Source of the DNA: Octopus vulgaris
Taxonomy: Eukaryota
Assembly: GCA_951406725.2 (NCBI GenBank)
Contig: OX597818.1
Span: forward strand, 91,822,001-91,886,000
Reading direction: 5' to 3'
Length of the DNA stretch: 64,000 nucleotides
Shown here one piece after another: positions 23,556 to 38,616 of the stretch (position 1 is its first letter; every line of letters starts with the position of its first letter). The translations under genes and the position numbers were made by a program. The notes below the pieces were generated by a model, which made no database searches, was not told where the DNA came from, and saw only the letters and a list, made by a program, of their open reading frames with translations.

Positions 23556-24812
23556 TAATAATAATAATAATAATATAAAAATAAGAAATAAGTGGAATAT
23601 TACCGGTGAGCCTGTTACATTATAAGGCACAAAAAGAAAATGACTCTCCCCTGACACAACAGAATATGCTTCAACACACGAAATCATATAAAGAGTCTTG
23701 CAAATCAAATCCAAAAACGAAATATTCTTGATTCATTATGTTGTTATTCAGAACTTTGCATTACATATGCTTGTTCAGGCATCGTCATCCCCTTCAAAAA
23801 ATATGAAAATTATTAAAGGGGATTGAAGTGTCTATTAGAAGCCAAAGAAATTGCTAATACTCTGCAACTTTCTGATGTGACAACAAAGTAGAGCTGTGTG
23901 GAAAAACTAACTTTTGATAATCGTAGCTTGTTAGTTTTGTCGTCTCCAAGTGAACAGCAGTTTTCGGAAAAGTAATTCGCCTTTGTATCGACACACATAT
24001 AGTATCTCAAATTTCTTATTCTACGATAATGCCGATTTTACGAGGATTTCAATTGTTTCAGCTTACATTCTCGTGCTCTGTTACATTAATCTTTCTGTAG
24101 TCTATGTAACAGTTTAATAGGACATTTCTTATCTGCAGTTCGTTTATTTGGAAATTACACCAAACAAACTTCTGTATTTATCTTTGTCCCTCAATATGCA
24201 AGCGATGGTTGTATTAGTTTATAAAATTGCTGGCTGTAATTTCCGTATTACCCTCCTTACTATGATCATAGTGTATTTTGCATAGTCTAAATATCATTGT
24301 TTTAGGGAGATGTGTATTTTTGGTTATACAGATTAATCTGTGTGATGCAAACTATATTCTATTTTGTTTTTGTTTTATTTTTGAGTTTATTTTTGTTTCT
24401 ATTTGCTTTTAGTTACACTCTGAAATTTATAAAGCAAGGCTTTCCAGACAATAGTAACAGATATTTGCGTTATATTTATTGAAGGGATTGCTGTATTTAT
24501 CCATTAATAGGAAACGGTATCTCAATAGGGATAAAAATAAATATTTATATATAGAATAAAGAGATGACAATTCAAACAGTTGAGCCGATGAGTTGTCTTT
24601 CGCTGGCAATTAATACATGAGTAATTGCATTGCATCAGCCTATCAGAAAGAGAAAGAACGCAAAACGAAGAGACTGGCTCTTAAATTGGCTTAATGTGAT
24701 TCTTTTATACATTAATGTCTTCAAATATTGTCATACAGAAAATTTTACGTCGTTCTCGAAGGTAATCTAACAAAAGGTAAAAGTGAACAAAGGCATTACA
24801 TTCTCTTTCTTC

Positions 24813-24845
<33 letters not shown>

Positions 24846-27390
24846 ATTTCTCTCTTTAATTCAGCAAATCCCTGGAAGAGTTGAAAATGATGGAATGTGT
24901 ACTTGACCTAGAAACGTCATACAATGTTTCATATTTTTTCGAGGCAAAACTAAGCACACAACACACAAGATATAACTCACATAACGTGCCGCCATCTTAC
25001 ATTTTGCTTTAACAACTAAGATGTCTGCTGTATTCAAATCTTTGGATACTGGCCGGAAACCACGATACAGAAATAATTGTAATTCTTAAGTGTCTGTGTA
25101 AGGGAGTACATTTATGTATGTATATCTGTATACCTTTGAATGTTGAACAATAGTACATATAATATCTGGCTATCTACTTCTGCATCTTTCTCTCAATCTA
25201 AATCTATATATATATATATATATATATATATGTTCATACATATGTATCTAATTGTATCTGTACACACACTCACACACACAAACACATATACGCAAAGCGA
25301 GGGAGAGAGGGAGAAAGAGAGAGAGGGGAGGGAGATAGGGAGAGATTTTGCGAAGGAATATTTTGTGATTCAACATATGCTTCAGTATAAATGTTGCTGT
25401 TATTGCGGCTCGAATTTTTTCAAGCTAAAGTTAAACAGTTTTCAGAATCTAGCCCGTATCATAAAATTATGGACAGACACATGGATAAACTGGCGTATTC
25501 TACGATGCCAAATACTGTAGAGTATGTAGCAAGATTTAGCCGTAATAAATTTAGCTATAAAACTTATTGCAGCTTACTTATCACTCTTAGCCACATACGA
25601 GGACACCAAAACAACATCTACAGCAAATAATCAACAAACTGATGTACCTGATTCCCATAATAGTAATATCAATGATATTCAATAATATCCAATAAAAGTA
25701 ATATAAATGATATTCAATAGTAATATCAATGATATTCAATATTAATATCAATGAACCTATCTTATTTAACTAATACTTACTAATACCTTTCATAATGTAA
25801 CTGTTGTAATAAATCACTGTGTCTCATTAATAATTACTTTCTTAGGAAAAAAAATAGCGTTAAGTGCTCTATTCGTGCTCAGGGTGACGAACGTGTTTAC
25901 ATTGGTACATTCTGTGCCTCATTCAAACATCGATGGAATAATCATAAATCTACATTTAAGCATAAAGATAAGGCTGATAGTATATCTCTAGCTAAATTAG
26001 TACATTCTCTCACTGATGATAGTATTCGCTTTAAAATTGTTTGGTCAGCATGATGAAATCGTTCGTGTGTGCTAACTATACCTTAAACTATACTTAATTA
26101 TTACACCTACACTAATAAACGTTATAACTTTATATAATGAATAATTCCCTACCTCGATTAACCATAGTATGTATTACAATAGTAATAGTACTATCTCACA
26201 ATAGTATGTATTACATACAAGTAACTATCTCACAATAGTATGTATTACAACATATTCAGACTTTTTTTTGTAAAAATACTCTTTGCTTCCTCGTAGATGT
26301 ATAATGTTCTAGACGATTATAGCCGTATTTAATACCTGGACATATTTTTTTGTCATATTATTGAAGTTGTAACATTCCAATGACCACATCGTTCTGTAAT
26401 TTTACACCGCGAAACTTTAATGTACTACTGACTGCTTCGCTCTTGGATACTGTTTGTTTTTCATTATTATACATGATTCATTACATTATTTGTATAATCC
26501 AGATGGCAGATTCAATATAATAGAAGTAATTATCTTTTATCATTATGGACCGGTTATATGTTTATATGAATATGCTTGTATATGAGTCTGCATACATATT
26601 AGTTATATTACGATGCGTTTATGTAAATATTTGTTTGTATTTGTATGTCTAAGGCAAAGCAAATTTATTCCTTAGTTCTATAATGAACTTGCTTTTGATA
26701 TGCTGATACGCGTCTGGGAGGAATTCTTTTATCACATTGATATTGCCCGTGCTGCAGGTGGTGGCCACATTGAACATTTGTAAGACAGAAAATAAAAGTT
26801 GATTGTTACTTAGATGGAGTTTTATATTGCTCATCCTTTCTAAAATATTGCGTAATGAAATCGGTTCATTACTTTTGAATAACCGTATATATATATATAT
26901 TAGAAAGTTTGGAGATGATGTACAGGTATTTTATATTAGAAGAAATGAAGTACTCAGAAATTCGGATGGTTTTATATATACAGATATTTATTTGTATATT
27001 ATCATATATCATTTATCATATATTAGCGCTTTCGTCCATTCTAGTGGAAGTTTCAAATTGAACTATAAGTGTATATATATATATATACACTTATACACTT
27101 ACACGATATAAATTTGCATATTTCAATATGAATTTGTTTACATGTATATATTTCTGTGTATGTCTATGTTCATTTATAGAAAAATCTATGCATGTACATG
27201 TATATGTGCGGGAGTTTTTTTTTCTGCATTTATATATGTGTACGGGCATATGTGCACGTGATGTGCATAACTGTGTGCAGCTGAATATGTTTGTATGTGT
27301 GTCTGCAGAGGCATCTTCTTCAGTGTATGTATTTATATGTACATCTATATGTATGCATATCTGTCCCTTGGTATATTATACATTTACAGG

Positions 27391-27437
<47 letters not shown>

Positions 27438-27691
27438 TTTTTGTCTGTGTTTATCTCCCAGCGATCGCTTGACAACAGATGTTGGTGTGTTTATGTCACT
27501 GAAACATAGCGGTTCGGCATAAGAGACGGATAGAATAAGTGCTACATTTACAAAGAACGGCTTCTGGGGTTGAATTGTTCGACAAAGGGTGATGCCTAAC
27601 ATGGCCACAGTCAAATGACCCAAAACGTGAAAAGAGTATATATATCCGATTCCATACATTTATATGTATATGCATTTATATTGTGTATATA

Positions 27692-28944
27692 CGAGGGACG
27701 TTCAATAAGTAATGCTTCTGACCCACTTCCAGGTGTTTGATCTAGTTGACATTTTGCATGTGCACTTATTTATACCTCTATAGATTAAGTGGCGAATTAC
27801 AGCTCTGAATTTACAGGTGTTTGAACTGAGTCAGGTGCGAAATGGAGCCTGTTGAGTATCGAGCAGTGATCTGGTTTTTGTATGTGAAAGGACTCACACC
27901 ACGGGAGACTTTTGATGAAATGAAAGTAACTTATGGTGATGATGCCCCATCATATGACCTTGTAAAACGCTGGCATTGTAAATTCAATCATAGTCAGAAC
28001 TCTGTGGAAACAGCTCCCAGATCTGGTCGCCCCCTTCTGCCGTTGATGAGACGTCTGTCCGCCAAGTTGAGGCTGCCATTTTGGAAGGTGAACGCATGAC
28101 TATTCGCCAATTAGCCCATAAGGTCAAGATTAGTACCGGGTCTGTGGAAACTATCATTCATGACCATTTGCATATGCAAAAGGTGTCTGCCAGATGGATT
28201 TCCAGGTTGCTCACACCTTTCCAGAAGCAAGAACGCGTTGAGTGCTCGAGGATGAATTTGGAGATGTGCCAAGAAGATGAGTCAAAATTTTTCAAAAGAC
28301 TGATCACACAGGATAAAACCTGGGTCCATCACTATGATCCATAGACCAAAGTCCAGTCAATGCAGTGAAAGCACCGTGACTCACCTCCTCCAAAGAAGGC
28401 AAGGGTGAAGCCCTCCGCTGACAAGGTTATGCTCACAGTCTTCTGGGACCAGGACGGAGTAGTGATGACAGATTTCCTGGCAAAGGGTACCACAATTACA
28501 GGAGCCTATTATGCCTCACTTTTGAGGAAATTAAGAGAAGCTATCAAAATCAAGAGGCGGGGCAAGATCAGCAAAGGCATCCTCCTCCTGCAGAACAACG
28601 CTCCGGTCCACAACTCGCGTGTCGCCAGATCAGAAGCACAGGCGTGCAACTATGAACTCCTCCCCTTGCACCCTCTGATTTTCACCTCTTCCCAGCCATG
28701 AAGTTGATTTTGAAAGGAAAGCGTTTCCCAGATGATGCAGCCTTGATTTCTGAGGTCACGTCGTGGTTGGAGGACCAAGCTGGGGTCTTCTACAAAAACG
28801 GTCTCCAGAGCTGTATCAAACGATGGGAGAAATGCATAACTCTGGGTAGTTCCTATGTAGGAAAAGACTAATAACTGTGCCAAGTGTCGTTGCTCTACTG
28901 CTATGGGAAGTGGGTCAGGGGCATTACTTATTGAACGCCCCTCG
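27692..28944 (+). mobile_element. Mariner transposon copy 2, same family as 15057-16348, more decayed
   Basis: TA target duplications, same TIRs, highly similar transposase with frameshifts, stops (TAG at 28342, TGA near 28366) and a short deletion removing the YSPD motif. Confidence 0.95.
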
Positions 28945-28979
28945 TATGTGTTTACGTACATATATGTGAGTATATATGA

Positions 28980-29277
28980 AGGCGCAATGGCCCAGTAGTT
29001 AGGGCAGCGGACTCGCGGTCGTAAGATCGCGGCTTCGATTCCCAGACCGGGCGTTGTGCGTGTTTATTGAGCGAAAACACCTAAAGCTCCATGAGGCTCT
29101 GGCAGAGGGTGGTGGCGATCCCTGCTGTACTCTTTTGCCACAAATTTTTCTCACTCTTTCTTTTGTTGGCCTGCTCGTTTAACCAGCGGGGTGCGTCATT
29201 TGGAGGCTAAAACAATGCAAAGCGCATTGTGACCAGCGATATGTAACAACATCTGATAGCCTGGTCGGTCACGTGAT

Positions 29278-29285
<8 letters not shown>
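28980..29285 (+). mobile_element. tRNA-derived SINE; related copies on minus strand at about 31115-31385 and 36235-36531
   Basis: A box TGGCCCAGTAGTTAGG and B-box-like GGCTTCGATTCCC followed by a shared body (CGGGCGTTGTG...AAAACACCTAAA); ends in (TA)n. Confidence 0.8.
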
Positions 29286-29349
<64 letters not shown>

Positions 29350-29369
29350 AGAGAGAGAGAGAGACCTAT

Positions 29370-29790
29370 ACGAGGTTTGATCAATAAGTATCCAAACTGT
29401 TGCCTTGGTAACAAATATAAAGCACGCAGATTAAAGCTGCTTAGCAAAGGTTGACCATGAACTCTACTGTGCCTGCGCCCTAAGTGTTAACGTTTATCTC
29501 ACTTCCGCTGTTTACAGCAGTGTTTGGAAGGAAGGAGTGTAGTATGTGATCGTCGGATTGACCATGATAGAGAAAGTTGTCATGGCGATACTTGCTCAGA
29601 GCCTTACTCAAAATAGCAGAAAATATATGGAGAGGAGTGTATGAGCCTCATACATGTGTACGAATGGCACAGATGTTTCTAAGATGTTGATATTGACAAC
29701 AAAACATCCGGACAGTTAGATGTTTATCTCAGTTCTGCTGGTTGCAGATCTTCCAAAACCTTTGTCAATATCAACATCTTTGGGACTCCT
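29370..29790 (+). mobile_element. Old mariner-like remnant (left end)
   Basis: TA-CGAGGTTTGATCAATAAGTATCC TIR-like start and decayed HTH-like coding (VYEWHRCF). Confidence 0.45.
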
Positions 29791-30031
29791 GCATCTAAGT
29801 ACATATATATACATGTGTGTGTGTGTGTGTGTGTGAGGTGTGTGTGCGTGTGTGTGTGTTTGACCCCCTACCATCGCTTGACAACTGATGCTGGTGTGTT
29901 TACGTCCCCGTCAGCTAGTGATAAAATAAGTACTAGGCTTACAAAGAATAAGTCCTGGGATCGATTTGTTCGACTAAATTTGGTGCTACAGCAATGCCAC
30001 AGTCAAATTACGGAAACGTGTAAAAGAATAA

Positions 30032-30088
<57 letters not shown>

Positions 30089-32047
30089 GTATATGTATGT
30101 ATGTATCTTCGTGTGGTCTATATGCATAGTAATGTGTCTAAGAGCATACAGTTGTTTCAGCCTAATTATGTACTTTTTACTGTATCAATGATTGTGTACA
30201 TATGCTTCTATGTAGCTATGGGTATTGATTTCATTTTACTACGGTTCAGTCGGATAGAAAGTGTTTAAATAGTGATGAGGAAATGTATCTAAAATTAATG
30301 TCCATAAGCTTTTGTATGTGGCCTTTCTACCTTTAAAACCTATTTTAAAACTATTGTTGTTCAATACTGTCTCTTAGTATAATCTCTTTATCTCCTTAGT
30401 TGTCTGGACATATAAAGGTTAATTCATAATATATTTTGTTATATATACCTTTATATTATATTTTATGCGTGCTTTTACAACTGTCCTTCCTTTTCTTATT
30501 CTTTCTTGTTGCTTGTGTTAACATTAAGGATGGTTAATTCTCTTAACTTAGATCCAGGACATTAACTGATTTGAAACGAGACCTTTGTGTTTATTGACCA
30601 TACCAAGATAATTTTATCTAGTCACGGTCTTCCATATATTGCATAAGTTTTTTTCTATGCATACTTAAAATTGAATCATTGGTATAACCGGAATATTCTT
30701 ATGATGAGTTAGCTTTCTTTATCTGCATTAGTTTGTGTATATAGAATGATATTGTGTAATGTGTAGCATGCATGTTAGAAGGGATATGTAAGCGTAATTG
30801 ATAATAAGAATATAATAATGCACTAAAATTATTATTATGTGCAAAAGGCTGCGCAACGGCCTGAATCCTAAGTACGACAGGTGATAAAATAATTATATGC
30901 ACCTTTCATGCCTCCTGTCGTTTCATGGCTTATATACTCTTCGTATATTTATTTCAGCCATCACATTCCCTGGATTTCAGCTGCACGGAACTCTGTATGG
31001 TACACATCTACATTGGTTTTACTGCGATATTTGTTAGCCGAGTTCGCTAGAGGAGCTTTCTTTGATAGCCACACAATTCTGTGAATCCACATACTACAAT
31101 ACAAATAAATATATTGTTTGTTCATTCTCGAGCCATGCCTGGCTCATAAGGGCCGGTTTTCCGGCTTCCTTGGCGTATAGGTCCGTCGCAGGTGAGCTGC
31201 AAGATGCAGGAGGAAAGAGTGAGAGAAAGTTGTGGCGAAAGAGTCAGAAGTTCGCCATTGCCTTCTGCCAGAGCCGTGTGGTGTTTAGGTGTTTAGTTCA
31301 TAAACACGCACATCGCCCGGGATTCGAACACGCGATCCCTTGACCGCGATTCCGCTTCTCTAACCACTAGGCCATGTACTTCCACAAATAAATATATACA
31401 TATATACAAACAAAACAAATCGCTTGCCAGAGGCACAATGTAAGTACGAACCTCTAAAGATGTGCCACATGAATACTTAAAACCCCAAATACTACGTTTT
31501 ACATTAAGATTTCGCGTGATCTGGTGTTGAAAAGAGAGTTGCTACATGACAAATTGTTAGTGGTCATTAAAGCTGCGATAAAATATTTTTTAGCTTTCAT
31601 ATATGGATTATATATACCCATATATACATATACACAAATGCTAATATGAATATTTGTATGCAAATATGTAATTATGTATGTAGGTATGTGTGTATCTAAC
31701 CAAACACTAAGAAATTGTATATATGCAGAAGACAATGCCTTCGATAAATTTCAAGTTTTAATATACAGCTGAAAGGTTATTTGTTAGCTATACACCTCAT
31801 CGATTAGTTTACAACATTGTTCCCCTGTATGAATATCATTTTACAATATACAGATTTGGGGATTGTAGGTTTGGTAGTATGTTATTTGCATTGCCTTATG
31901 CTATTTCAACAGGAGTTCAAGTTATATCAATGGTAACACTGGCTTTCATAAAAATATGACTCTTTGGCTTCAATTCAATTTTCTCAATTATTTTGCTACG
32001 AGGCTTCGCCTCCCTCATATATAAGAAATCGATTATTGCTTATATAC

Positions 32048-32415
<368 letters not shown>

Positions 32416-32716
32416 ATGCTGTTGCGTACTCCGCCCAGAGAGGATGAAATCATATTGATGTGAGAATTAATTTTTGCTAATTAGCGAAACTTACAAGTAC
32501 CTAATAAAATAGTTAGGTATGGAAATGAGTTTGGAATTGTTCCAAATAATTGTTTTGTTTCAAACAGCCACAAGATATTAACAAGAGCTTTCGCTTGTTG
32601 ACTTATAAAATAAGGTTAATCGAAATGGCCTGCTTTAGGCGAGAGAAACACTGAAGGCATTAAACAATGAAAATGTAAGCACATATAAGCGCAGACTGTT
32701 CTGTGTGGTTAAGATA

Positions 32717-33281
32717 TTGGGTTGTCCGGAAAGTTCGTGCCGATTTTTAAAGGACAGAGAATGGTCAATAAATACTTGCCGTTACATTTTTAATCAACCA
32801 AATATGAGCCATTTTGTTGCACAATGCGTCTCCATCTTTCCTTTAACTTGAAAATGCCCTCTTCCCAGAATTGAGGTGGTTTCATGGCAAAAATTCATCA
32901 AGGTATCTTTTTATGTCATCCAAGGAATTGAAATTTTTACCATTAAGACTATTCTGCAGAGATCTGAATAAGTGGAAATCTGAAGGAGCAATATTTAGTG
33001 AATATGGAGGGTGGGGTAACACATTCCAGCCGAGCTGCAGCAATTTTTGTCTGGTTCCCAAAGCATCAAGTGCCGAAAATGAACTTTCTTATCTTCCATT
33101 TTAAAGGGTTACAGAATTAACACAGTTTATAGGAACATAAACCTTCTTCCACAAAAAGATAGCTTAAACTGTGCTCTAACTGGACGTGTAGTCAAATCCT
33201 ATTTTATGGATTCAACCACGTTCTAAAATAAGTCGAAAGGTAAGCTACTATAAATCGGCATGAACTTTCCGGACAACCCAA
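32717..33281 (-). mobile_element. Internally deleted mariner (second family) inserted in a SINE
   Basis: About 30-bp TIRs TTGGGTTGTCCGGAAAGTTCGTGCCGATTT / AAATCGGCATGAACTTTCCGGACAACCCAA; minus strand LLQLGWNVLPHPPYSLNIAPSDFHLFRSLQNSLNGKNF. Confidence 0.88.
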
Positions 33282-34218
33282 AAGATTTGCAGTCGCACAG
33301 TTTCGGATTCAATCCTACTGAACAGCACCATTAGCAAGTGACTTCTGTTGTAGCTCCGAGACGACCAGTACCTTGCGAGCGAATTTAGCATATTTTAGTA
33401 AACGCCGATGTGATGATCTTCCGAAATATGCGCTACCAGTTAATAGTTACTAATATGCTCTTCAACGAGGACCTCATGAGAGGCAGTTCTTGTTTTTAGA
33501 TGTAGAAAAGATTCCTCTCAATTCGGGATTCAATACTAAGTCATATATTCATTTCCATTATTGTGCCTAACACTGTGGTGGTCTATATGAGGAAGGTATT
33601 AAATAGCGGAGACTGCAGCGCGCTACGTTTTCTAATACCCACTTTTACACTTAGGTGTTATAGGTCTGAGAAACTGCGAGAAATTGTCATGAATTTGAAC
33701 AAGCAACTACATTTTCTCGTTCAGAGATTTATTATTGCTTATGACAGAATTGTTTTAGTAGAAATATTAAAATCACCTTCGTGCATATGCAAATGAACAA
33801 ACGGATCCTCATGTGACTTCCTACAATTCTCTCGACGCTCCATTTCAATATGTCTCTTTTAATCAGTCCCTCCAAAAGAGACATAACCGGGTGTTAGGTT
33901 TTTAGTATAAATTCAATTGGCTTTTGAACATGACTTTGACAAGAATTAGAAAATATTGTTATGCCCATTCTATTGGAACAAACAGATTTGTCTCTTGTTT
34001 TTGTAGATGGCAATGTGTTAGTAAACTTTTAATATTGAGACATATGTTCTTCGCATCAGCTCTCTCGTGATGTAGCGATGAAAGATCGCTCTTTGTAAAT
34101 GTAATAATCTCCATTAAGATCAATCACCGATCACCGGTGCACTATTTTTTTCGAGAGATTTCCGCACGCATACATACATATATATATATATATACGGGAA
34201 TGTATGTGTGTGAGTAAA

Positions 34219-34510
34219 GGCGCGTGGCTCAGTGGTTAGAGCGTCGAGCCTACGATCTTGAGGTTGTGAGTTCGAATCCCGGACCGGACTCTGTGTTGTG
34301 TTCTTGAGCAAAACACTTTATTTCACGTTGCTCCAGTTCACTCAGCTGTAGAAATGAGTTGCGACGTCACAGGTGGATAACACTGCTGGCGTGGAGAGGG
34401 GAGGTCGGTATGCATGGGCGACTGCTGGTCATCCATAAACAACCTTCACCGGATTTGTGTCTGGGGGGAGGGGAGCAATCCTACGGTCAGTCATGACCGA
34501 AGGGGGTGTC
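34219..34510 (+). mobile_element. tRNA-derived SINE; related copies on minus strand at about 8455-8775 and 50348-50670
   Basis: GGCGCGTGGCTCAGTGGTTAGAGCG...GAGTTCGAATCCC head with A and B boxes, then TGTGTTCTTGAGCAAAACACTTTATTTCACGTTGCTCCAG core. Confidence 0.8.
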
Positions 34511-35139
34511 AAGTCAAGTATGTGTGATTGTGTGTGGGAGGGTATGAGTTGGTGTGTTTATGTGTATGTATCCGACCACTGGTTACTGAGGTCAGCTAAT
34601 AAAATTCGCATGTGCAGTCAACCATGAACAACAGGCCAGCGATCAGCTGGTGCCAAAACAGCTTTCCACTACGACTCATACCATTCCAGAAAACATACTC
34701 TGGCAGCAAACAGCACGTATCGACCAACTACTATAAAATTCAAACCAAGACGGACGGATGGGGTAGCCTTGAAGTCGAAGGTTTTAAACTAACGGAGGCA
34801 ACACTTTGAATATGACCCGAGTAAACACAACTGGATCTCATGCAAACAAACTGTTGCATAATGAAATACCTGTACTTTTGGAGAACCACGTTGGGTGGAA
34901 ACAATTGTAGTGATTAAAAAATAACTATCCAGCCGCACTCATTCTTGTTGACTCCAATTTCTCCAATTTTATATTCACACACGACGATTACCCAAACATA
35001 AACTTAGAAGAATATAATAATGCTATCGGATAGTACTGGGCAATTCTGAGAATGGACGATCTGTATACTGTACTCTGCCACGTTCCTGACGGAATGTACC
35101 GTAACTATATATATATAAAGTAAAAGGGTCAAATGGAAG

Positions 35140-35760
35140 AGTAAGTTGTTGGGTATAACTTCGCACCTGTCAGTATTCACTTGTGCGATTGCGTTTGGTT
35201 TTTAATTTTGATGAATTTGTATGTGCAAAAAATTTAGTTCACCTTAGGGTTTCTAGTGAGCATAGGTATAGTTTGAACAATAGTGTTATATGCCTCATTG
35301 TCTCTAAGATTGCGAGTAGAAATATAGGGTAGCATTTTAAAATCGAGTGTGTTATTTCGTTTTACTTCTCTTCGTATCTGGATATCAATTCTTTTGGCAC
35401 ACTTTATCCTACCATCTATTAGTGAAGGTGGATGATATCTCTTAACTAGTGTGCATTAAATTTAGCGTAGATATGGATCCCAGGTATTTTTATTAGACAC
35501 AGTGTGAAAATCTTTTTTCGCTAAATTGAACGGGATATTTATTTTAATATGTTTCGGGTGGCAAGAGTTAAATAGTAGGCATTGTTTCGAGACTGTTAGT
35601 TTATAATAGATGTCAATTTGCATTTGACTATTGACTTTTTTCCTTTAAAATATCAAGAAATGTAAGTTTCTCTTTGCTATATTCCATATAAATTCGGTAC
35701 CCTGTATTTTAGAATAATTCAACAGACTTTTGAAACTTGTAAAACTTGTATAATTCTATG
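35140..35760 (-). mobile_element. Degenerate PLE reverse transcriptase C-terminal fragment (second family)
   Basis: Minus strand MEYSKEKLTFLDI...IDIYYKLTVSKQCLLFNSCHPKHIKINIPFNLA. Confidence 0.78.
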
Positions 35761-38184
35761 GCTTTTGAAGCGAAAGAATGGCTGAAGTCTCTATTACAGT
35801 TGTATGTTTTCATTCTTACTTTGCCTTTCAGAATTCATGGCGAAGAATATTCACTATCAGCCTGGAAACATTATTATTAACACAAAGGACGGTTTCCTGT
35901 TAAGAAATATATATTCACAAATTAATAGTCGTGTCATATCCTTTGCTCAAAGAAATGATTTTGTGACAGTTGCATTGAGGTTCTGACAGTGATGAATAGG
36001 ATTTCGTTTCTAGGATTTAGCTTGTAGATTTTATTCCTTTATTTGTTTCAGTTTTTGAACTGCGACCATGCTGGAGCTCTATATTGAAGGTTTTTGGTTT
36101 GGAGAAATGGAACTCCGGTACTTATTCTATCAGTCATAAAACGGTGATAGGAGACAAACATAATATAGACACAAAATCATACATACACACACACCACACA
36201 CATAGAGTGATATATAGTAATATTTTATTTATTTATGTGCCCTTTTCAATCCTAGCCAGGCTCATGGGCCCGGTTTCCCGGATTCTGTGGCGTATGTGTT
36301 CTCCCCCCCCCCCCAGTTGGACGGGACGCCAGTCCATCGCAGCGTTACTCAAGAAACACGAAGAAAGAATGAGAGAAATAGTACAACAGGGGTCCCCACT
36401 ACCCTCTGCCGGAGCCTCGAGGAAATTTAGGTGTTTTTGCTCAATAAACACACACAACGCCCGGTCTGGGAATCGAAACCGCGATCTTCCGACCGCGAGT
36501 CCGCTGCCCAAACCACTGGGCCATTGCGCCACCACATACAGTCATATATACGCATTTATGTTGATATGTATACAGACACATACACAAACACATGCTGAGA
36601 TTTTATACAACTTTCCGTCTACCAAAAATCACTCACAAGACTTTGATCCGCTCCCGACTATAGTAAAAATAATTTGCACAACATGCTGCACAATGGGACT
36701 GAATACGAAACCATATGGTTGCAAAGCAAGATTCTTATCCACAAAACCGAGTCATCCCTTATAAATTTTTTAATTACACTACAGCGATGTTTGATTATTG
36801 ATGGTTTCGGATCTTAGATGTTACGCCAGTCTACGATACAGGGGTTTTCTATCGGCTTAACATTAGGCCAGAACGTTAAGATGACCATGAATTTTTATTA
36901 GAAATTAATTAAGATCATCCAGTGTTTTAATTACAATCATTCAGCATGCCCCGCTCTATACTGTCATAAAAATCGTTATTAATACCGTGAATGAAACGAT
37001 GCTTTGCCTTTTTAGTCTCGAGACATTCCAGCAGATTCGAAAACAAAATATATTAGTCGCTGTTGTTCCTCCCACAGGAGAACAACATTTTCTCTCAAGA
37101 TGGCAGTATGTTCATGACACACTCGGATCATTGGCACAAGGGATTCTGGTACACCGCTGTTTCGACATGTTGTGTTTCGTCTGCCAGAAGTACCCTGACA
37201 TTTGGAGCCTAAACAAGTCAATAATTTTATACTTTCTGCGAAAACAAGAAACTATATCTGTCGACCGATGAAACAATTAAGCAGATATAAGCATTGGGTA
37301 GCACAATGTAACGCGAGATCTAATACGATAATTTGCATATTTTTCTTAAAATGCCCCCATAGATTTCGTTTATTGTATGATAGCTCATATAATATGACAG
37401 ATATCTCATGGATATATTGAAATATTTTGTTTGTCGCGCTAGACTTATGGAGTCTAGGAGAAACATATGGAGATTATCGTAAAATACCTTTATTCAATTA
37501 TTTAATCAAAATTGCCTGTGAGTTACATCAGCATCCACAATATATGTGGGGGGTGTCAATTATATTTTAAGAAAAGTAAGCTGCAAGCTAAGAAATAGCT
37601 GTTATAGCTCTTGTATGAAAATTATTCTCTTGGATGAATATATTCATTAATTTTGATAATTCAAATCGAAGTAGAAAAAATACATAAAAAATATGAAATA
37701 TAGAAAAATAGAAAACATGCAACTTACAGACAATTGTCATTACCATAATTGGTGGAAAATTTTATTTCTTTTTTATGCTTAATATTTAACTTTTATATGC
37801 GCCTCAACAAAAATGTAGAACATCATTCAGGATATAGCAAAGAAATGTCTGGGCTATGCTTAGAGTTCAAATTCCACCGAGTTCGATTCTGCCTTTCATG
37901 CTTTCGGGGTCGCTCAACCTGGAGAAAATTAAGTACCAGTGAACACTGGAGTGGATGTAATTGTCTTAACCCTCTCCGAAATCGTTGGCCTTGTGCCAAA
38001 CTTTTAAACCTCTGTTGTTGATGATGATGTTGTTGTTATTAAACCGGCGAGCTGGCAGCATCGTTAGCACGCTGGGCGAAATGTTTAGCGGCATTTCAGC
38101 TGTCGTTATGTTCTGAGTTCTAATTACGCCGAGGTCGAGTTTGCCTTTCATCCTTTTAGGGTCGATGAAATATCTAGATGTTCT

Positions 38185-38392
38185 GACATCCCATTTTTTT
38201 ATCATACCTAGGGCACCTACAATAACAGGAACAGTTCTTTTGTTGTTCATTTTCCAGTTCCTTATATTTACTTAATTTGTCAAGTTCTTTTGCAGATATA
38301 TTTTTATTAGTAGGAACACTTACATCTATTAGTCTACAAGTAATTTTTTCCAAGTCTTTAATAGTTATTTCTGGTCGATTAACCTGGATCGC
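38185..38392 (-). mobile_element. R4/Dong-like RLE LINE 3' fragment
   Basis: AIQVNRPEITIKD...LIDVSVP...KELDKLSKYKELE...RTVPVIVGALGMIKK next to (TAA)/(TAC) repeats. Confidence 0.8.
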
Positions 38393-38407
38393 TATTATTA
38401 TTATTAT

Positions 38408-38443
<36 letters not shown>

Positions 38444-38553
38444 TAGCAGCAGCAGCAATAGTAGTAGTAGTAGTAGCAGCAGCAGCAGCAGTAGTAATAT
38501 CAGTAGTAGTAGTAGTAGTAGTAGTAGTAGCAGCAGCAGCAGCAGTGGTAGTG

Positions 38554-38616
<63 letters not shown>

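Noticed and set aside
25660-26250. Repeats as a CRISPR-like array
   Set aside because: Eukaryotic context, no regular unique spacers and no cas genes.
34219-34290. tRNA-like sequence with good A and B boxes
   Set aside because: No proper acceptor stem, and it continues into a body shared with other dispersed copies, so it is a SINE head rather than a tRNA gene.
36084-36764. 226-aa ORF
   Set aside because: Runs through nested SINE sequences in antisense; starts at TTG; no domain recognised.
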